DNA from: an uncultured Sphingomonas sp.
GTDB lineage: Bacteria; Pseudomonadota; Alphaproteobacteria; Sphingomonadales; Sphingomonadaceae
Assembly (NCBI RefSeq): GCF_937859915.1
Contig: NZ_CALMAW010000092.1
Coordinates: forward strand, 19,327-83,326
Direction of reading: 5' to 3'
Length of the DNA: 64,000 nt
This document shows, in pieces, positions 23,243 to 32,694 of the stretch (position 1 is its first letter; each line of letters opens with the position of its first letter). The notes under the pieces were generated by a model. It worked only from the letters and a program-made list of their open reading frames with translations. It was not told where the DNA came from and did no database searches. Both the position numbers and the translations under genes were made by a program.

Positions 23243-23743
23243 ATGTTCGAGACGGAGCGGCTTCGGATCAGGCGGATCACGCAAGACGATGCCGGCTTCC
23301 TGCTGGCAATGCTCACCGATCCGGGGTTCATCGCCAACATAGGCGATCGCGGCGTCCGCACAATCGCCGATGCCGAAGCCTATGTCCGCGATCGGGTGCT
23401 CGCGTCATACGCGGCGCATGGATTCGGCATGTTTCGGGTCTCGCTCAAGCAGAATGACGAGGCGGTCGGGCTGTGCGGGCTGGTGCAGCGCGCGGGCCTC
23501 GACGGCCCCGATCTCGGCTTCGCCTATCTCGAGCAACACACCGGCCGCGGCTATGGCTATGAGGCGGGGCGCGGGATGATGGCGTGGAGCCGCGCGTCGC
23601 TGGAGATCGGGCCGTTGCTGGCGATCACCGCGCCGGAGAACGCGGTGTCGGCGCGGCTGCTCGTGAAGCTCGGATTTCGGGAAACGGGGATGATCGACAT
23701 CCCCGGCCACGACGGCCCCAGCCGGTTGTTCGTCGAGGCATGA
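23243..23743 (+). CDS. GNAT family N-acetyltransferase (RimJ/RimL-like)
   Basis: ETERLRIR, GRGYGYEA, N..SARLLVKLGF. Confidence 0.88.
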   Translation: MFETERLRIRRITQDDAGFLLAMLTDPGFIANIGDRGVRTIADAEAYVRDRVLASYAAHGFGMFRVSLKQNDEAVGLCGLVQRAGLDGPDLGFAYLEQHTGRGYGYEAGRGMMAWSRASLEIGPLLAITAPENAVSARLLVKLGFRETGMIDIPGHDGPSRLFVEA

Positions 23744-24123
23744 TAGCGGCAGCGTTATATTTGGCGACCGTCCTCGCGCCGGCGATAGGTCCGGGCATTG
23801 TCGGCGCGGCGGCCGGTTTCGGCCCGGCGATCCGGGACAGTATGGATCGGTGCCAGTCGCCCGCTACCAGCGACGCGATCACCGTCTGCGGCCGCCGGCC
23901 GGGCGATGCCGATCGCTATCGCCTGCCGCTGCGCGACGAGGATAGGGGCTTCGACGTGCGCGGCAGCGTCGACAGCGTGTCGCGCGAACGCCAGCGGCTG
24001 ATCGACGGTGACGGCGCCTCGCAGGATCTGACGCGGGGGTCGTGCAGCACCGTCGGCGCCAGCGGCTGGACCGGCTGTCAGATCAAGACGTGGCGCGAGC
24101 ATGATCAGCAAAAAGGCTGGTGA
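23740..24123 (+). CDS. Hypothetical exported protein
   Basis: ATGA overlap with GNAT; signal-like N-terminus; ITVCGRR..RYRLP and CS.VG..GWTGC. Confidence 0.65.
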   Translation: MIAAALYLATVLAPAIGPGIVGAAAGFGPAIRDSMDRCQSPATSDAITVCGRRPGDADRYRLPLRDEDRGFDVRGSVDSVSRERQRLIDGDGASQDLTRGSCSTVGASGWTGCQIKTWREHDQQKGW

Positions 24124-24180
24124 GCACGACGCGTCGAAACCGCCATTTCCTTTTAACCATCTTGGGTTACTCTCCCCCGC

Positions 24181-24741
24181 ATGGGCAGCGTGATCAACTT
24201 CGAGGACCGGGCGGTGGCGACGCTGCGCGCGCGCGTCGCCGAGGTTGAGGAGGCCAATCAGGACCTGATCGCCTTCGCTCGGGGTCATTCGGGTGCGGTC
24301 GCCGCGATCCATGTCGCGGTGCTCGCGGCGATCGAGGCCGAGGGGCTCGATCATCTCATCCATATCGTCACGCAGGACTGGCCCGACATGCTTGGCGTCG
24401 ACGCGGTCGCGCTGGCGCTGCATGTCGGCGAGACCGGCCTGCGGGCGGACGCCAATGGTCTCCAGTTCGTCGATCGCCGTGTGATCGCGCGGGCGGTGCG
24501 CGGCATCGACAGCGTCGTGCTGCGCGGCGTCGAGCGCGGTCATCCGCTGTTCGGGCCGGCCGCCTCGCTGATCCGCGCCGAGGCGCTGATCCGGCTCGAC
24601 AATCGTGCGCCGCTGCCGTGCGGTCTGATCGCGCTGGGGCAGCGTTCCGAACAGCGTTTCGAGACGCGCCACGGCTCCGAACTCCTCGCCTTCCTCGGCG
24701 CGACCCTCGCGCGTATGGTCGGACGGTGGCTGCTCCCCTGA
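24181..24741 (+). CDS. DUF484 family protein
   Basis: VINFE..AVATLR coiled coil then GAF-like domain ending GSELLAFL; directly upstream of xerC. Confidence 0.85.
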   Translation: MGSVINFEDRAVATLRARVAEVEEANQDLIAFARGHSGAVAAIHVAVLAAIEAEGLDHLIHIVTQDWPDMLGVDAVALALHVGETGLRADANGLQFVDRRVIARAVRGIDSVVLRGVERGHPLFGPAASLIRAEALIRLDNRAPLPCGLIALGQRSEQRFETRHGSELLAFLGATLARMVGRWLLP

Positions 24742-25649
24742 CCCTCGACGACCATCCGGCGCGGTTCATCGCCGCCGCCTTTGCCGATCATCTTCGCCGC
24801 GACCGGCTGCTGTCCGCGCACACGGTGCGGGCCTATGTCGCGACCGCGCACCGATTGATCGGCTTCGTCGGCGGGTATCGCGGCGGCCCGGTCGATGCGG
24901 CGATGCTGGCGACGCTGACCAGTGCGGATCTGCGCGCCTATCTCGCGCGGCGCCGCGCGGACGATGAATTGACCAATGCCTCGGCGGCGCGCGAGCTGTC
25001 GGCGGTGCGCAGCTTCCTGCTGTTCGCGGGTGGCGAGGGCACCTCCATACCCCGTATCCACGCGCCGCGCGTCAAACGCGGCGTTCCGCGGCCGATCGGG
25101 CCCGCCGACGCGCGGGCGCTCGCCGCCGATGCCGCCGATGCGCGCGACGTGCCGTGGATCGCCGCGCGCGATCTTGCGGTACTGCTGCTGCTCTACGGCG
25201 CGGGCTTGCGGGTCGGCGAGGCGATGGCGCTCGATGCCGGGCTGTTGCCGCTCGGCGAGGCGATCATCGTCACCGGCAAGGGCGGTAAGGCGCGCGTGGT
25301 GCCGCTGCTTGCCGTCGTGCGCGCGGCGATCGCGGGCTATGCCGCGATCTGCCCCTGGCCTCTGACAAAGGGCGTGGCGCTGTTCCGCGGCGCCAAGGGT
25401 GGGCGGCTTGATGCGGCGATCGTCCGGCGTGCGGTCGCCGGCGCGCGCGTGCGCCTGGGCCTGCCCGACCGCACGACGCCGCATGCGCTGCGCCACAGCT
25501 TCGCGACGCATCTGCTCGGCCGCGGTGCCGATCTGCGGCAATTGCAGGAGCTGCTGGGCCATGCCAGCCTTTCGTCGACGCAAATCTATACCGCGGTCGA
25601 TACGGCGCATTTGTTGGACGTGTACCGCGCCGCGCACCCGCGTGCATGA
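24726..25649 (+). CDS. xerC: Tyrosine recombinase XerC
   Basis: LLYGAGLRVGE, GKGGK, HALRHSFATHLL, LGHASLSSTQIYT; start uncertain. Confidence 0.92.
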   Translation: MAAPLTLDDHPARFIAAAFADHLRRDRLLSAHTVRAYVATAHRLIGFVGGYRGGPVDAAMLATLTSADLRAYLARRRADDELTNASAARELSAVRSFLLFAGGEGTSIPRIHAPRVKRGVPRPIGPADARALAADAADARDVPWIAARDLAVLLLLYGAGLRVGEAMALDAGLLPLGEAIIVTGKGGKARVVPLLAVVRAAIAGYAAICPWPLTKGVALFRGAKGGRLDAAIVRRAVAGARVRLGLPDRTTPHALRHSFATHLLGRGADLRQLQELLGHASLSSTQIYTAVDTAHLLDVYRAAHPRA

Positions 25650-25678
25650 GACTTAGGTCGAAATGTGCCGGGGCATGT

Positions 25679-25705
25679 TTAAGTTATCGCGGACCCCGCC
25701 GTAAT
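25679..25705 (+). promoter_or_regulatory. Putative sigma-28 (FliA) promoter
   Basis: TTAA-N15-GCCGTAAT vs consensus TAAA-N15-GCCGATAA, upstream of flgM. Confidence 0.6.
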
Positions 25706-25739
25706 CGGGTTCGAGATAGGATCAGGATCGGAGTTCGGG

Positions 25740-26033
25740 ATGGACGGCATCAACAAGACAGGCGCAGCAAGCAGCCTCCCCAGCGTGCAATCGACGCCCG
25801 TCGCACCCGCGGCACCGGCGGTTGTGGCAACGCCCGCGAAGGCCGCGCCCGCAAACGACACGTCCGACCTGTTTGCGTTGCTCGCTGACGCCTCGGCGCC
25901 GATCGACACCAAGAAGGTCGATGCGATCAAGTCGCTGATCGCGAGCGGCGCCTATCCGATCGACGCGCATGCGGTGGCGGCGAAGATGGTGGCGCTCGAC
26001 TTTCCCGCGGGCGGCGGTCACGCCGACGCCTGA
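25740..26033 (+). CDS. flgM: Flagellar anti-sigma-28 factor FlgM-like
   Basis: IDTKKVDAIKSLIASGAYPIDAHAVAAKM C-terminal motif; disordered N-terminus. Confidence 0.82.
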   Translation: MDGINKTGAASSLPSVQSTPVAPAAPAVVATPAKAAPANDTSDLFALLADASAPIDTKKVDAIKSLIASGAYPIDAHAVAAKMVALDFPAGGGHADA

Positions 26034-26052
26034 TCGGCGCCGCAAGAAGCCC

Positions 26053-27006
26053 TCAGCCCCGCGCCGCGGCGCGGGCCTCGATCGCCTCCCAGATGAGCGC
26101 AGCAGTATCGGTGCCGTTGAAACGGTCGATCGCGACGATGCCGGTGGGCGAGGTGACGTTGATTTCGGTGAGGTAACCGGCGATCACGTCGATCCCGACG
26201 AAGACCAATCCGCGCTTGGCGAGTTCTGGGCCTAGCGCGTCGCAAATCTCGATCTCTCGCGGCGTCAATTCGGTCTCGGCGCCCGATCCGCCGACCGCCA
26301 GATTGGACCGGATCTCGCCGGGCTTGGGCAGGCGGTTGACGGCCCCCGCCGCCTTGCCGTCGACCAGCACGATCCGCTTGTCCCCCTTCGAGACGTCGGG
26401 AATGAACGCCTGGACCATGAACGGCTCGCGCCACACCTCGCCGAACAATTCGGTCAGCGCCGCCAGATTGGCGTCGCGCCGCGCGACATGGAACACGGCC
26501 GAGCCGGCATTGCCGTAGAGCGGCTTGATCACGACCTCGCCATGCTCGTCGTGGAATTGGCGCGTTTCTGCGAGACTGCGCGTGATCAGCGTCGGGGGCA
26601 TGAAGCGGGCATAATCGAGTACGAACAGCTTTTCGGGCGCGTTGCGAACCGATGCGGGATCGTTGACCACCAGCGTTTCGTGCTGGACGCGCTCAAGCAG
26701 GTGTGTCGCGGTGATGTAGGCGAGATCGAAGGGCGGATCCTGCCGCATCAGCACGACGTCGGTGTCCGCGCCGAGATCGAGCGTCTCGATCTCGCCCGCG
26801 GTGAAATGCGCGCCATCGACGCGCTGCACGGTCATCCGCCGCGCCGGCGCGAACACCCGGCCGTCGCGATAGGAAAGGTCGCTCGCGGCATAGTGGTAGA
26901 GCGTGTGGCCACGGGCTTGCGCCGAGAGCATCAAGGCGAAGGTCGAATCGCCGCCGATCTTGACCAATTCCATGGGGTCCATTTGGACGGCGACGCGCAG
27001 GCTCAC
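26053..27006 (-). CDS. gshB: Glutathione synthetase
   Basis: QMDP, MRQDPPFD, RNAPEK, RSNLAVGG, EINVTSPTG; GTG start preceded by AAGGGGA (ATG at 27024 is the alternative). Confidence 0.97.
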   Translation of the reverse strand: MSLRVAVQMDPMELVKIGGDSTFALMLSAQARGHTLYHYAASDLSYRDGRVFAPARRMTVQRVDGAHFTAGEIETLDLGADTDVVLMRQDPPFDLAYITATHLLERVQHETLVVNDPASVRNAPEKLFVLDYARFMPPTLITRSLAETRQFHDEHGEVVIKPLYGNAGSAVFHVARRDANLAALTELFGEVWREPFMVQAFIPDVSKGDKRIVLVDGKAAGAVNRLPKPGEIRSNLAVGGSGAETELTPREIEICDALGPELAKRGLVFVGIDVIAGYLTEINVTSPTGIVAIDRFNGTDTAALIWEAIEARAAARG

Positions 27007-27103
27007 AGGCTCAATCCCCTTCATTCGTCCCGCGCGACGTCGCGGGACGGCACCGCGACGTCGCTCGGCACGGATGCGGAGGTAGGCGTGGGCATTGAGG
27101 ATG

Positions 27104-27454
27104 TCACCCCTGCCAGATATGCTCGAGATGCTGCGGCAACCGGCCCGGCGCGATCAGCACCGCGTCGATGCGGATGTCGTCGCCGGCGACCGCATAGCGC
27201 GACATCAGATATTCGGCGGCGGCCGCGACGCGCATCAGCCGTCGGCGATCGAGCGCGAGATCGAGCGCCGCCTGATCCTTGCGGCTTTTCACTTCCACGA
27301 AGGCGACGAGCCCAGGCTTGCGCATCACGATGTCGACCTCGCCCGCTGGCGTGCGCACGCGGCGGTCGAGGATCGTCCAGCCCTTGAGGCGGAGGAAGTT
27401 GGCGGCGATCGTTTCGGCGAACCGACCGCGCGCTTCCGCCGCCTGGCGCTTCAC
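27104..27454 (-). CDS. YraN (UPF0102) family protein
   Basis: GRFAE..A..FLRLKG, GEVDIV, FVEVKSR, RIDAV. Confidence 0.9.
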   Translation of the reverse strand: MKRQAAEARGRFAETIAANFLRLKGWTILDRRVRTPAGEVDIVMRKPGLVAFVEVKSRKDQAALDLALDRRRLMRVAAAAEYLMSRYAVAGDDIRIDAVLIAPGRLPQHLEHIWQG

Positions 27455-28284
27455 GCCCTGAGTTCCAAGGCGCGCGTGTAGAGGTCGTGGCGATCGAGGC
27501 CGGTGGCGGCGGCGACCTCCTTGGCGGCCTTGGCGATCGGCAGCCGGTCGAGCGCCTCGCGCAGCAACGCGTCGAGATCCTCGACCTGCGGTCTCGCCGC
27601 CTCGCCGGGCGGGCCGACCACGACGACGATCTCGCCCTTGGGGGTCTCGGTCGCGTAACGGTCGGCAAGCGCCGACAGCGTGCCCGTCACGCATTCCTCG
27701 AAGCGCTTGCTGATCTCGCGTGCCACCGCGCCCTCGCGATCACCCAAGCCGCTCGCCAGCGCCGCCAGCGCCGCGCCCAACCTCGGGCCGCTTTCGTAGA
27801 AGATCAGGCTTGCGCGGATCGCCGCGACCTCGGCGATCGCGTCTGCGCGCGCTTTCTCCTTGTTGGGGAGGAAGCCGAGGAACAGGAAGCGGTCGGTCGG
27901 CAAGCCCGCCAGCGTCAGCGCCGCTACCGCCGCACAGGGCCCCGGCAACGTCACGATGTTGGCGCCCGCGGCGCGCGCGTCCCGGACGAGCTTGAACCCC
28001 GGGTCGGAGATCATCGGCGTTCCCGCGTCCGAGACCAAGGCGATCGCCTCGCTGCCCAATCGCGCGACCAGCCTCGGGCGCACGCGGTCGGCGTTGTGAT
28101 CATGATAGGGGATCATCGGCCGCTCGGTGCCGATATGGCGGAGCAGCTTGGCGGTGACCCGTGTGTCCTCGGCCGCGATCAGGTCGGCGCGTGCCAATAT
28201 GTCGGCAGCGCGCGGCGACAGATCGCCGAGATTGCCGATCGGGGTCGCGACGATGTAGAGGCCTGGGGCAAGAATTTCGTGCAT
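27451..28284 (-). CDS. rsmI: 16S rRNA (cytidine1402-2'-O)-methyltransferase
   Basis: LYIVATPIGNLGD, AEDTR, SDAGTPMISDPG, AREISKRFEE. Confidence 0.96.
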   Translation of the reverse strand: MHEILAPGLYIVATPIGNLGDLSPRAADILARADLIAAEDTRVTAKLLRHIGTERPMIPYHDHNADRVRPRLVARLGSEAIALVSDAGTPMISDPGFKLVRDARAAGANIVTLPGPCAAVAALTLAGLPTDRFLFLGFLPNKEKARADAIAEVAAIRASLIFYESGPRLGAALAALASGLGDREGAVAREISKRFEECVTGTLSALADRYATETPKGEIVVVVGPPGEAARPQVEDLDALLREALDRLPIAKAAKEVAAATGLDRHDLYTRALELRA

Positions 28285-28294
28285 AGGGGATGTC

Positions 28295-29485
28295 ATGGCA
28301 GAGGGCTTATACGCATCGCAACCGGCGATGCGGCCGAGGGGCATGCGGTGGGGCGGCCTGACCGTCGCGCTGCTGCTCGCGGGCTGCTCCGGCGTGGTGC
28401 CGCGCACCCAGGGGCCGGGACCGTTTGCCCCGCCGCCGCGCGGGCCGACCACGGCGCAGCCGGGGCGGCTACCCAATGAGGCGCGCGACCGCGTCGCGGT
28501 ACTGGTGCCGCTGACCGGCGCGGAAGCCGGGATCGGCCAGTCGATCGCCAATGCCGCCAATATGGCGCTGATCGACTCGGGCGGCGGCGCACTGCGCATC
28601 ACGACCTATGACACCGCGACGGGTGCCGCTGCCGCGGCGCAGCGGGCGATCGCGGAGGGCAATGGCTTGATCCTCGGACCGCTGCTTTCGCCCGACGTGC
28701 GCGCGGTCGCTCCGATCGCCGCGGCCGCGCACGTGCCCGTGCTGTCCTTTTCGAATGACGTCGATATCGCGGGGCGTGGCGTCTATCTGCTCGGCTTCAC
28801 GCCGACCGAGTCGATCGATCGGGTGATCGATTATGCGCACGGCCGGGGACTGACGCGGATCGCAGCGCTGGTGCCCAATGGCCTTTATGGCCGCCGCGCG
28901 TCGAATGCGGTGATCAAGGCGGCGGAGGATGCGCAGTCCACCGTGGTGTCGATGCAGGGCTATGACCGCAGTCCCGCCAGCCTCGCGGTCGCGATCAAGA
29001 AGCTCGGCGATCCCAAGGGCTATGATGCGTTGTTGGTCGCCGACAATGGCAAGATCGCGCTGGTGGCAGCGCCGCTGGTGCGCAAGGCGGGATCGAGCGC
29101 GCGGCTGCTCGGCACCGAGCTCTGGAATACCGAGCCGGCGCTGGCCGCGGCCCGCCCGATGGCCGGCGCCTGGTTCGCGGCGGTGTCGGACAGTCTCTAT
29201 GGGCAATTTTCCGCCAAATATCGCGCGCGCTTCGGCAAGGGGCCGTTCCGCCTGGCCAGCCTCGGCTATGATTCGGTGCTGCTCGCGGTGCGGATCTCGG
29301 CCGACTGGCGGCCGGGCACGCCGTTCCCGGAAGGGCGGCTGGTCGACAAGGGCGGCTTCTCGGGCGTCGACGGCGCATTTCGCTTCGGCCGAGACGGTAT
29401 CGCCGAGCGCATGCTCGAGGTGAAGCAGATCGGGGCGGGCGGAATGACGGTGGTGTCGCCGGCGGCGCAGGGGTTCGGAGGCTGA
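28295..29485 (+). CDS. Penicillin-binding protein activator (LpoA/LppC-like) lipoprotein
   Basis: Lipobox LLAGC, VAVLVPLTG, ILGPL, GFSGVDGAFRF; divergent from rsmI. Confidence 0.85.
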   Translation: MAEGLYASQPAMRPRGMRWGGLTVALLLAGCSGVVPRTQGPGPFAPPPRGPTTAQPGRLPNEARDRVAVLVPLTGAEAGIGQSIANAANMALIDSGGGALRITTYDTATGAAAAAQRAIAEGNGLILGPLLSPDVRAVAPIAAAAHVPVLSFSNDVDIAGRGVYLLGFTPTESIDRVIDYAHGRGLTRIAALVPNGLYGRRASNAVIKAAEDAQSTVVSMQGYDRSPASLAVAIKKLGDPKGYDALLVADNGKIALVAAPLVRKAGSSARLLGTELWNTEPALAAARPMAGAWFAAVSDSLYGQFSAKYRARFGKGPFRLASLGYDSVLLAVRISADWRPGTPFPEGRLVDKGGFSGVDGAFRFGRDGIAERMLEVKQIGAGGMTVVSPAAQGFGG

Positions 29486-29501
29486 TAGCGGGAGAGGTGC
29501 G

Positions 29502-29864
29502 ATGGGCTATGTGCAGGGGTTCGTGATTCCGGTGCCGGTGGCCAACCGGGAAGCCTATCGCGATATGGCCGCCAGGACCGCACCTGTGTTTCAAGACTAT
29601 GGGGCCGAACGGATCGTCGAATGCTGGGGCGACGCGCTGCCCGACGGGCAGGTCACCGATTTCCACAAGGCCGTAAAGGCGGAGGCGACCGAGAATGTCG
29701 TCTTTTCGTGGATCGTCTGGCCGGACAAGGCCACCTGCGACGCGGCGCACGACAAGATCTGGTCCGATCCGCGCATGATGACGCCCGACCGCGCTATCCC
29801 GTTCGACGGCAAGCGCATGATCTACGGCGGGTTCGTGCCGATCTTCGATACGCAGGTCGTGTAG
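29502..29864 (+). CDS. DUF1428 family protein
   Basis: YVQGFVIPVP, VECWGD, VVFSWIVWPDK, PFDGKRMIYGGF. Confidence 0.92.
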   Translation: MGYVQGFVIPVPVANREAYRDMAARTAPVFQDYGAERIVECWGDALPDGQVTDFHKAVKAEATENVVFSWIVWPDKATCDAAHDKIWSDPRMMTPDRAIPFDGKRMIYGGFVPIFDTQVV

Positions 29865-29865
29865 A

Positions 29866-29960
29866 TTGCTCTCTGGCGTAGCCCCGGGATCTTCGCTCGC
29901 CATTTGCGGCCATGCCGCTGTCGGATGCGGGCGAGGGGGCCCGGCTTTCGCGGGGAACGG
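29866..29960. repeat. Degenerate family A palindromic element
   Basis: Right arm GGGGCCCGGCTTTCGCGGGGAACGG; eroded left arm CTCTGGCGTAGCCCCGGGATC. Confidence 0.55.
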
Positions 29961-31151
29961 TTAGCGGACGATCTCGCCCAGGATGCCGTCGAGCAGCAGC
30001 ATGCCCGGTTCCTCGACGATGAGCCGGTCGCGATCGCGCGCAATGAGTCCATGTTCCGCCAGACGGTCGATCGCGCGCGCATCGACCATTGCGTCGATCG
30101 GCAGCCCGAGCCGCGCCGAAAGTGCCGTAAGATCGACGCCTTCGCCGAGCCGCAGCCCCATCAGGAGCGCCTCCATCGCGCGCGTTGCGGGCGCGAGCAC
30201 TTCCTCGCTTTCGAGACCATGGCCATTGCGCGCGACCGCGGCGAGCCAATTCTCGGGCTTCTTCCGCCGCACGGTGGCGAGGCCGTTACGGCGGCCATGC
30301 GCCCCGGGTCCGACGCCGAGATAGTCGCGGTAGCGCCAATAGGTGAGATTGTGTCGGCTTTCCGCACCTGGCCGCGCGTGGTTGGAGATCTCATAGGCGG
30401 GGAGGCCTGCAGATGCGGTCGCCGCGCGGGTGAGTTCGAACAGCTGCGCGGCCGTCTCCGTGTCGAGCGTCGGCAATGCCCCCTTGGCCGCCAGCGCGGC
30501 GAAGTGCGTGCCGGGCTCGATGGTCAGTTGGTAGAGCGACAGATGCTCGGTACCGAAGGCCAGTGCGCGATCGAGTTCGGTGCGCCACATGGCTTCGCTC
30601 TGGTCGGGACGGGCATAGATCAGGTCGATGCTGACCCGCGCGAACGCCGCCTGTGCGGTATCGAGCGCCGCAAGGCTCTCGGCGACGCCATGCGCGCGGC
30701 CGAGGAAGCGCAGCGCGTTGTCGTCGAGGGCCTGAAGGCCGAGCGAGACGCGATTGATGCCGACATGTGCAAGCGCCGCGAAATTGGCCGCCTCCACCGA
30801 GGAGGGATTGGCCTCGAGCGTGATCTCGATGCCGGGCGCGAAGCCCCAATGGCGTTCAGCCGCGTCGAGCACCGCGGCGACCGTCGCGGGTGCCATCAGC
30901 GAGGGTGTGCCGCCACCGAAGAAGATCGAGCCGAGGGGTCGGCCCGGAGTCAGCGGCGCCTCATGGGCGAGGTCGGCGAGCAGGGCGTCCCGCCACGCGG
31001 CTTCGTCGATCGCGGCGCGGACATGGCTGTTGAAGTCGCAATACGGACATTTCGAGACGCAGAACGGCCAGTGGACGTAGAGGGCGAGGTTGCCCTCTCC
31101 CCCGCGGGCGAGAGATGGGGGCTCAGCCGAACGCTGGGCGGGTGAGGGCAT
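29961..31151 (-). CDS. hemW: Radical SAM heme chaperone HemW
   Basis: LYVHWPFCVSKCPYCDFN, FGGGTPS, YEISN, HNLTYW; start lies inside a repeat (ATG 31151 or TTG 31238). Confidence 0.94.
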   Translation of the reverse strand: MPSPAQRSAEPPSLARGGEGNLALYVHWPFCVSKCPYCDFNSHVRAAIDEAAWRDALLADLAHEAPLTPGRPLGSIFFGGGTPSLMAPATVAAVLDAAERHWGFAPGIEITLEANPSSVEAANFAALAHVGINRVSLGLQALDDNALRFLGRAHGVAESLAALDTAQAAFARVSIDLIYARPDQSEAMWRTELDRALAFGTEHLSLYQLTIEPGTHFAALAAKGALPTLDTETAAQLFELTRAATASAGLPAYEISNHARPGAESRHNLTYWRYRDYLGVGPGAHGRRNGLATVRRKKPENWLAAVARNGHGLESEEVLAPATRAMEALLMGLRLGEGVDLTALSARLGLPIDAMVDARAIDRLAEHGLIARDRDRLIVEEPGMLLLDGILGEIVR

Positions 31152-31233
31152 GAACGGCAAGGGATGGCGTGCCCTCACCCGCCCACCGGCTTCGCCGGCG
31201 GGCCCCACCCTCTCCCCCGGGGGGGAGAGGGGA
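31093..31233. repeat. Composite palindromic element family B
   Basis: CCCTCTCCCCC..GAGAG, GGGTGAGGGCA..TGCCCTCACCC and CCCTCTCCCCCGGGGGGGAGAGGG; similar to 36846-36996 in opposite orientation. Confidence 0.85.
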
Positions 31234-31234
31234 T

Positions 31235-31837
31235 TCAAAACACCGCCGCGACGAGCTTGCGGAAGGCGTCCGCCCGGTGGCTCATCGCATGTTTCCTGTC
31301 CGGATCCATCTCGCCGAAGCTGAGCTCGTGGTGCCACGGCACGAACATCGCGTCATAGCCGAAGCCGTTGCCGCCGCGGGGCGGCCAGCACAGATGGCCA
31401 TCGACGCGGCCTTCGACCGTGATGATCTCCCCGTCCGGCCAGCAGAGTGACAGAGCGCAGACGAAATGCGCATCGCGCCCTGAGTCGCGCGGCTTGCTCG
31501 CGAGCTTGGCCTCGACCAGGTCCATCGCCTTGGCGAAGTCCTTGGTCTCGCCGGCCCAGCGTGCGGAGAAAATACCGGGATCGCCGTCGAGCGCATCGAC
31601 GCATAGCCCGCTGTCGTCGGCGAGCGCGGGCCGGCCGGTAAGATCCGCCGAAAAGCGCGCCTTGAGTTCGGCATTGGCGGCGAAGCTGGTGCCGGTCTCT
31701 TCGGGCTCGGGCACGTCGAGCGACGCCGCCGACACCGGCTCGATCCCGTAAGGACCAAGCAAAGCCGCAATCTCGACGAGCTTGCCCTTGTTGTGGCTGG
31801 CGATCACCAGCTTGCCGGGCGCCAGCTTGCGCGTCAC
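31235..31837 (-). CDS. rdgB: dITP/XTP pyrophosphatase
   Basis: ASHNKGK, ADDSGL, GFGYD, SHR. Confidence 0.96.
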   Translation of the reverse strand: MTRKLAPGKLVIASHNKGKLVEIAALLGPYGIEPVSAASLDVPEPEETGTSFAANAELKARFSADLTGRPALADDSGLCVDALDGDPGIFSARWAGETKDFAKAMDLVEAKLASKPRDSGRDAHFVCALSLCWPDGEIITVEGRVDGHLCWPPRGGNGFGYDAMFVPWHHELSFGEMDPDRKHAMSHRADAFRKLVAAVF

Positions 31838-32550
31838 CGACCGGTGGCCGTCAACTGCGCCGCGAAAATCTCGGTGCAGCCGATGCGGGCGAGCCGGAGC
31901 AGGCGGAGCAGCGCTTCCTCGTCATAGGTGGCACCCTCCGCGGTCGCCTGGACCTCGGCGATGTTGCCGGTCGAAAGCAGCACGAAATTGCCGTCGGCAT
32001 GCGCGTTCGAATCCTCGATATAGTCGAGGTCGAGCACCGGCGTGCCCTCGTAGATGCCGCAGGAGATGCCCGCGACCTGTGCGGTGATCGGATCGACCGC
32101 GAGCTTGCCGTCGGCGAGCAGCTTGTCGATCGCGATGCGCAGCGCGACCCACGCGCCCGAGATCGACGCGGTGCGCGTGCCGCCGTCGGCCTGGATGACG
32201 TCGCAATCGAGCGTGATCTGGCGCTCGCCGAGCAGGCTCATGTCCATCACCGCGCGCAGCGAGCGACCGATGAGGCGCTGGATTTCCTGGGTGCGGCCGG
32301 ACTGCTTGCCCTTGGCGGCCTCGCGATTGCCGCGGGTGTGCGTCGCGCGCGGCAGCATGCCATATTCGGCGGTGACCCAGCCCTGGCCCTTGCCGCGCAG
32401 GAAGGGGGGTACGCGCTCCTCGACCGAGGCGGTGACGAGCACCTTGGTGTCGCCGAAGCTGATGAAACAACTGCCCTCGGCGTGGCGCGTGGCGTTCGGC
32501 TCGATGAGGATGGGGCGCATCTGGTCGGGTGCGCGGCCTGAGGGACGCAT
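31834..32550 (-). CDS. rph: Ribonuclease PH
   Basis: [37 protein letters not shown]. Confidence 0.98.
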   Translation of the reverse strand: MRPSGRAPDQMRPILIEPNATRHAEGSCFISFGDTKVLVTASVEERVPPFLRGKGQGWVTAEYGMLPRATHTRGNREAAKGKQSGRTQEIQRLIGRSLRAVMDMSLLGERQITLDCDVIQADGGTRTASISGAWVALRIAIDKLLADGKLAVDPITAQVAGISCGIYEGTPVLDLDYIEDSNAHADGNFVLLSTGNIAEVQATAEGATYDEEALLRLLRLARIGCTEIFAAQLTATGR

Positions 32551-32655
32551 GGTGGCTCCTGTGATGAGATGCGCCGGGCTGTAGCGGGTGCGACGGGTGA
32601 GAGCCAGTGTGCATCCGCCATCGTCGTCATCGATTCGGCGCGTCACGCATCCGTC

Positions 32656-32684
32656 ATTGAGCCGGAGGCGCGTAACCCCTACAT
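32656..32684 (+). promoter_or_regulatory. Possible sigma-32 (RpoH) promoter for hrcA-grpE
   Basis: ATTG-N17-CCCTACAT just upstream of ATG. Confidence 0.5.
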
Positions 32685-32694
32685 CTAGCTGATA

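Noticed and set aside
24726-25649. Tyrosine recombinase as a phage or island integrase
   Set aside because: DUF484-xerC context and host-like codon usage indicate chromosomal XerC; no att sites or cargo
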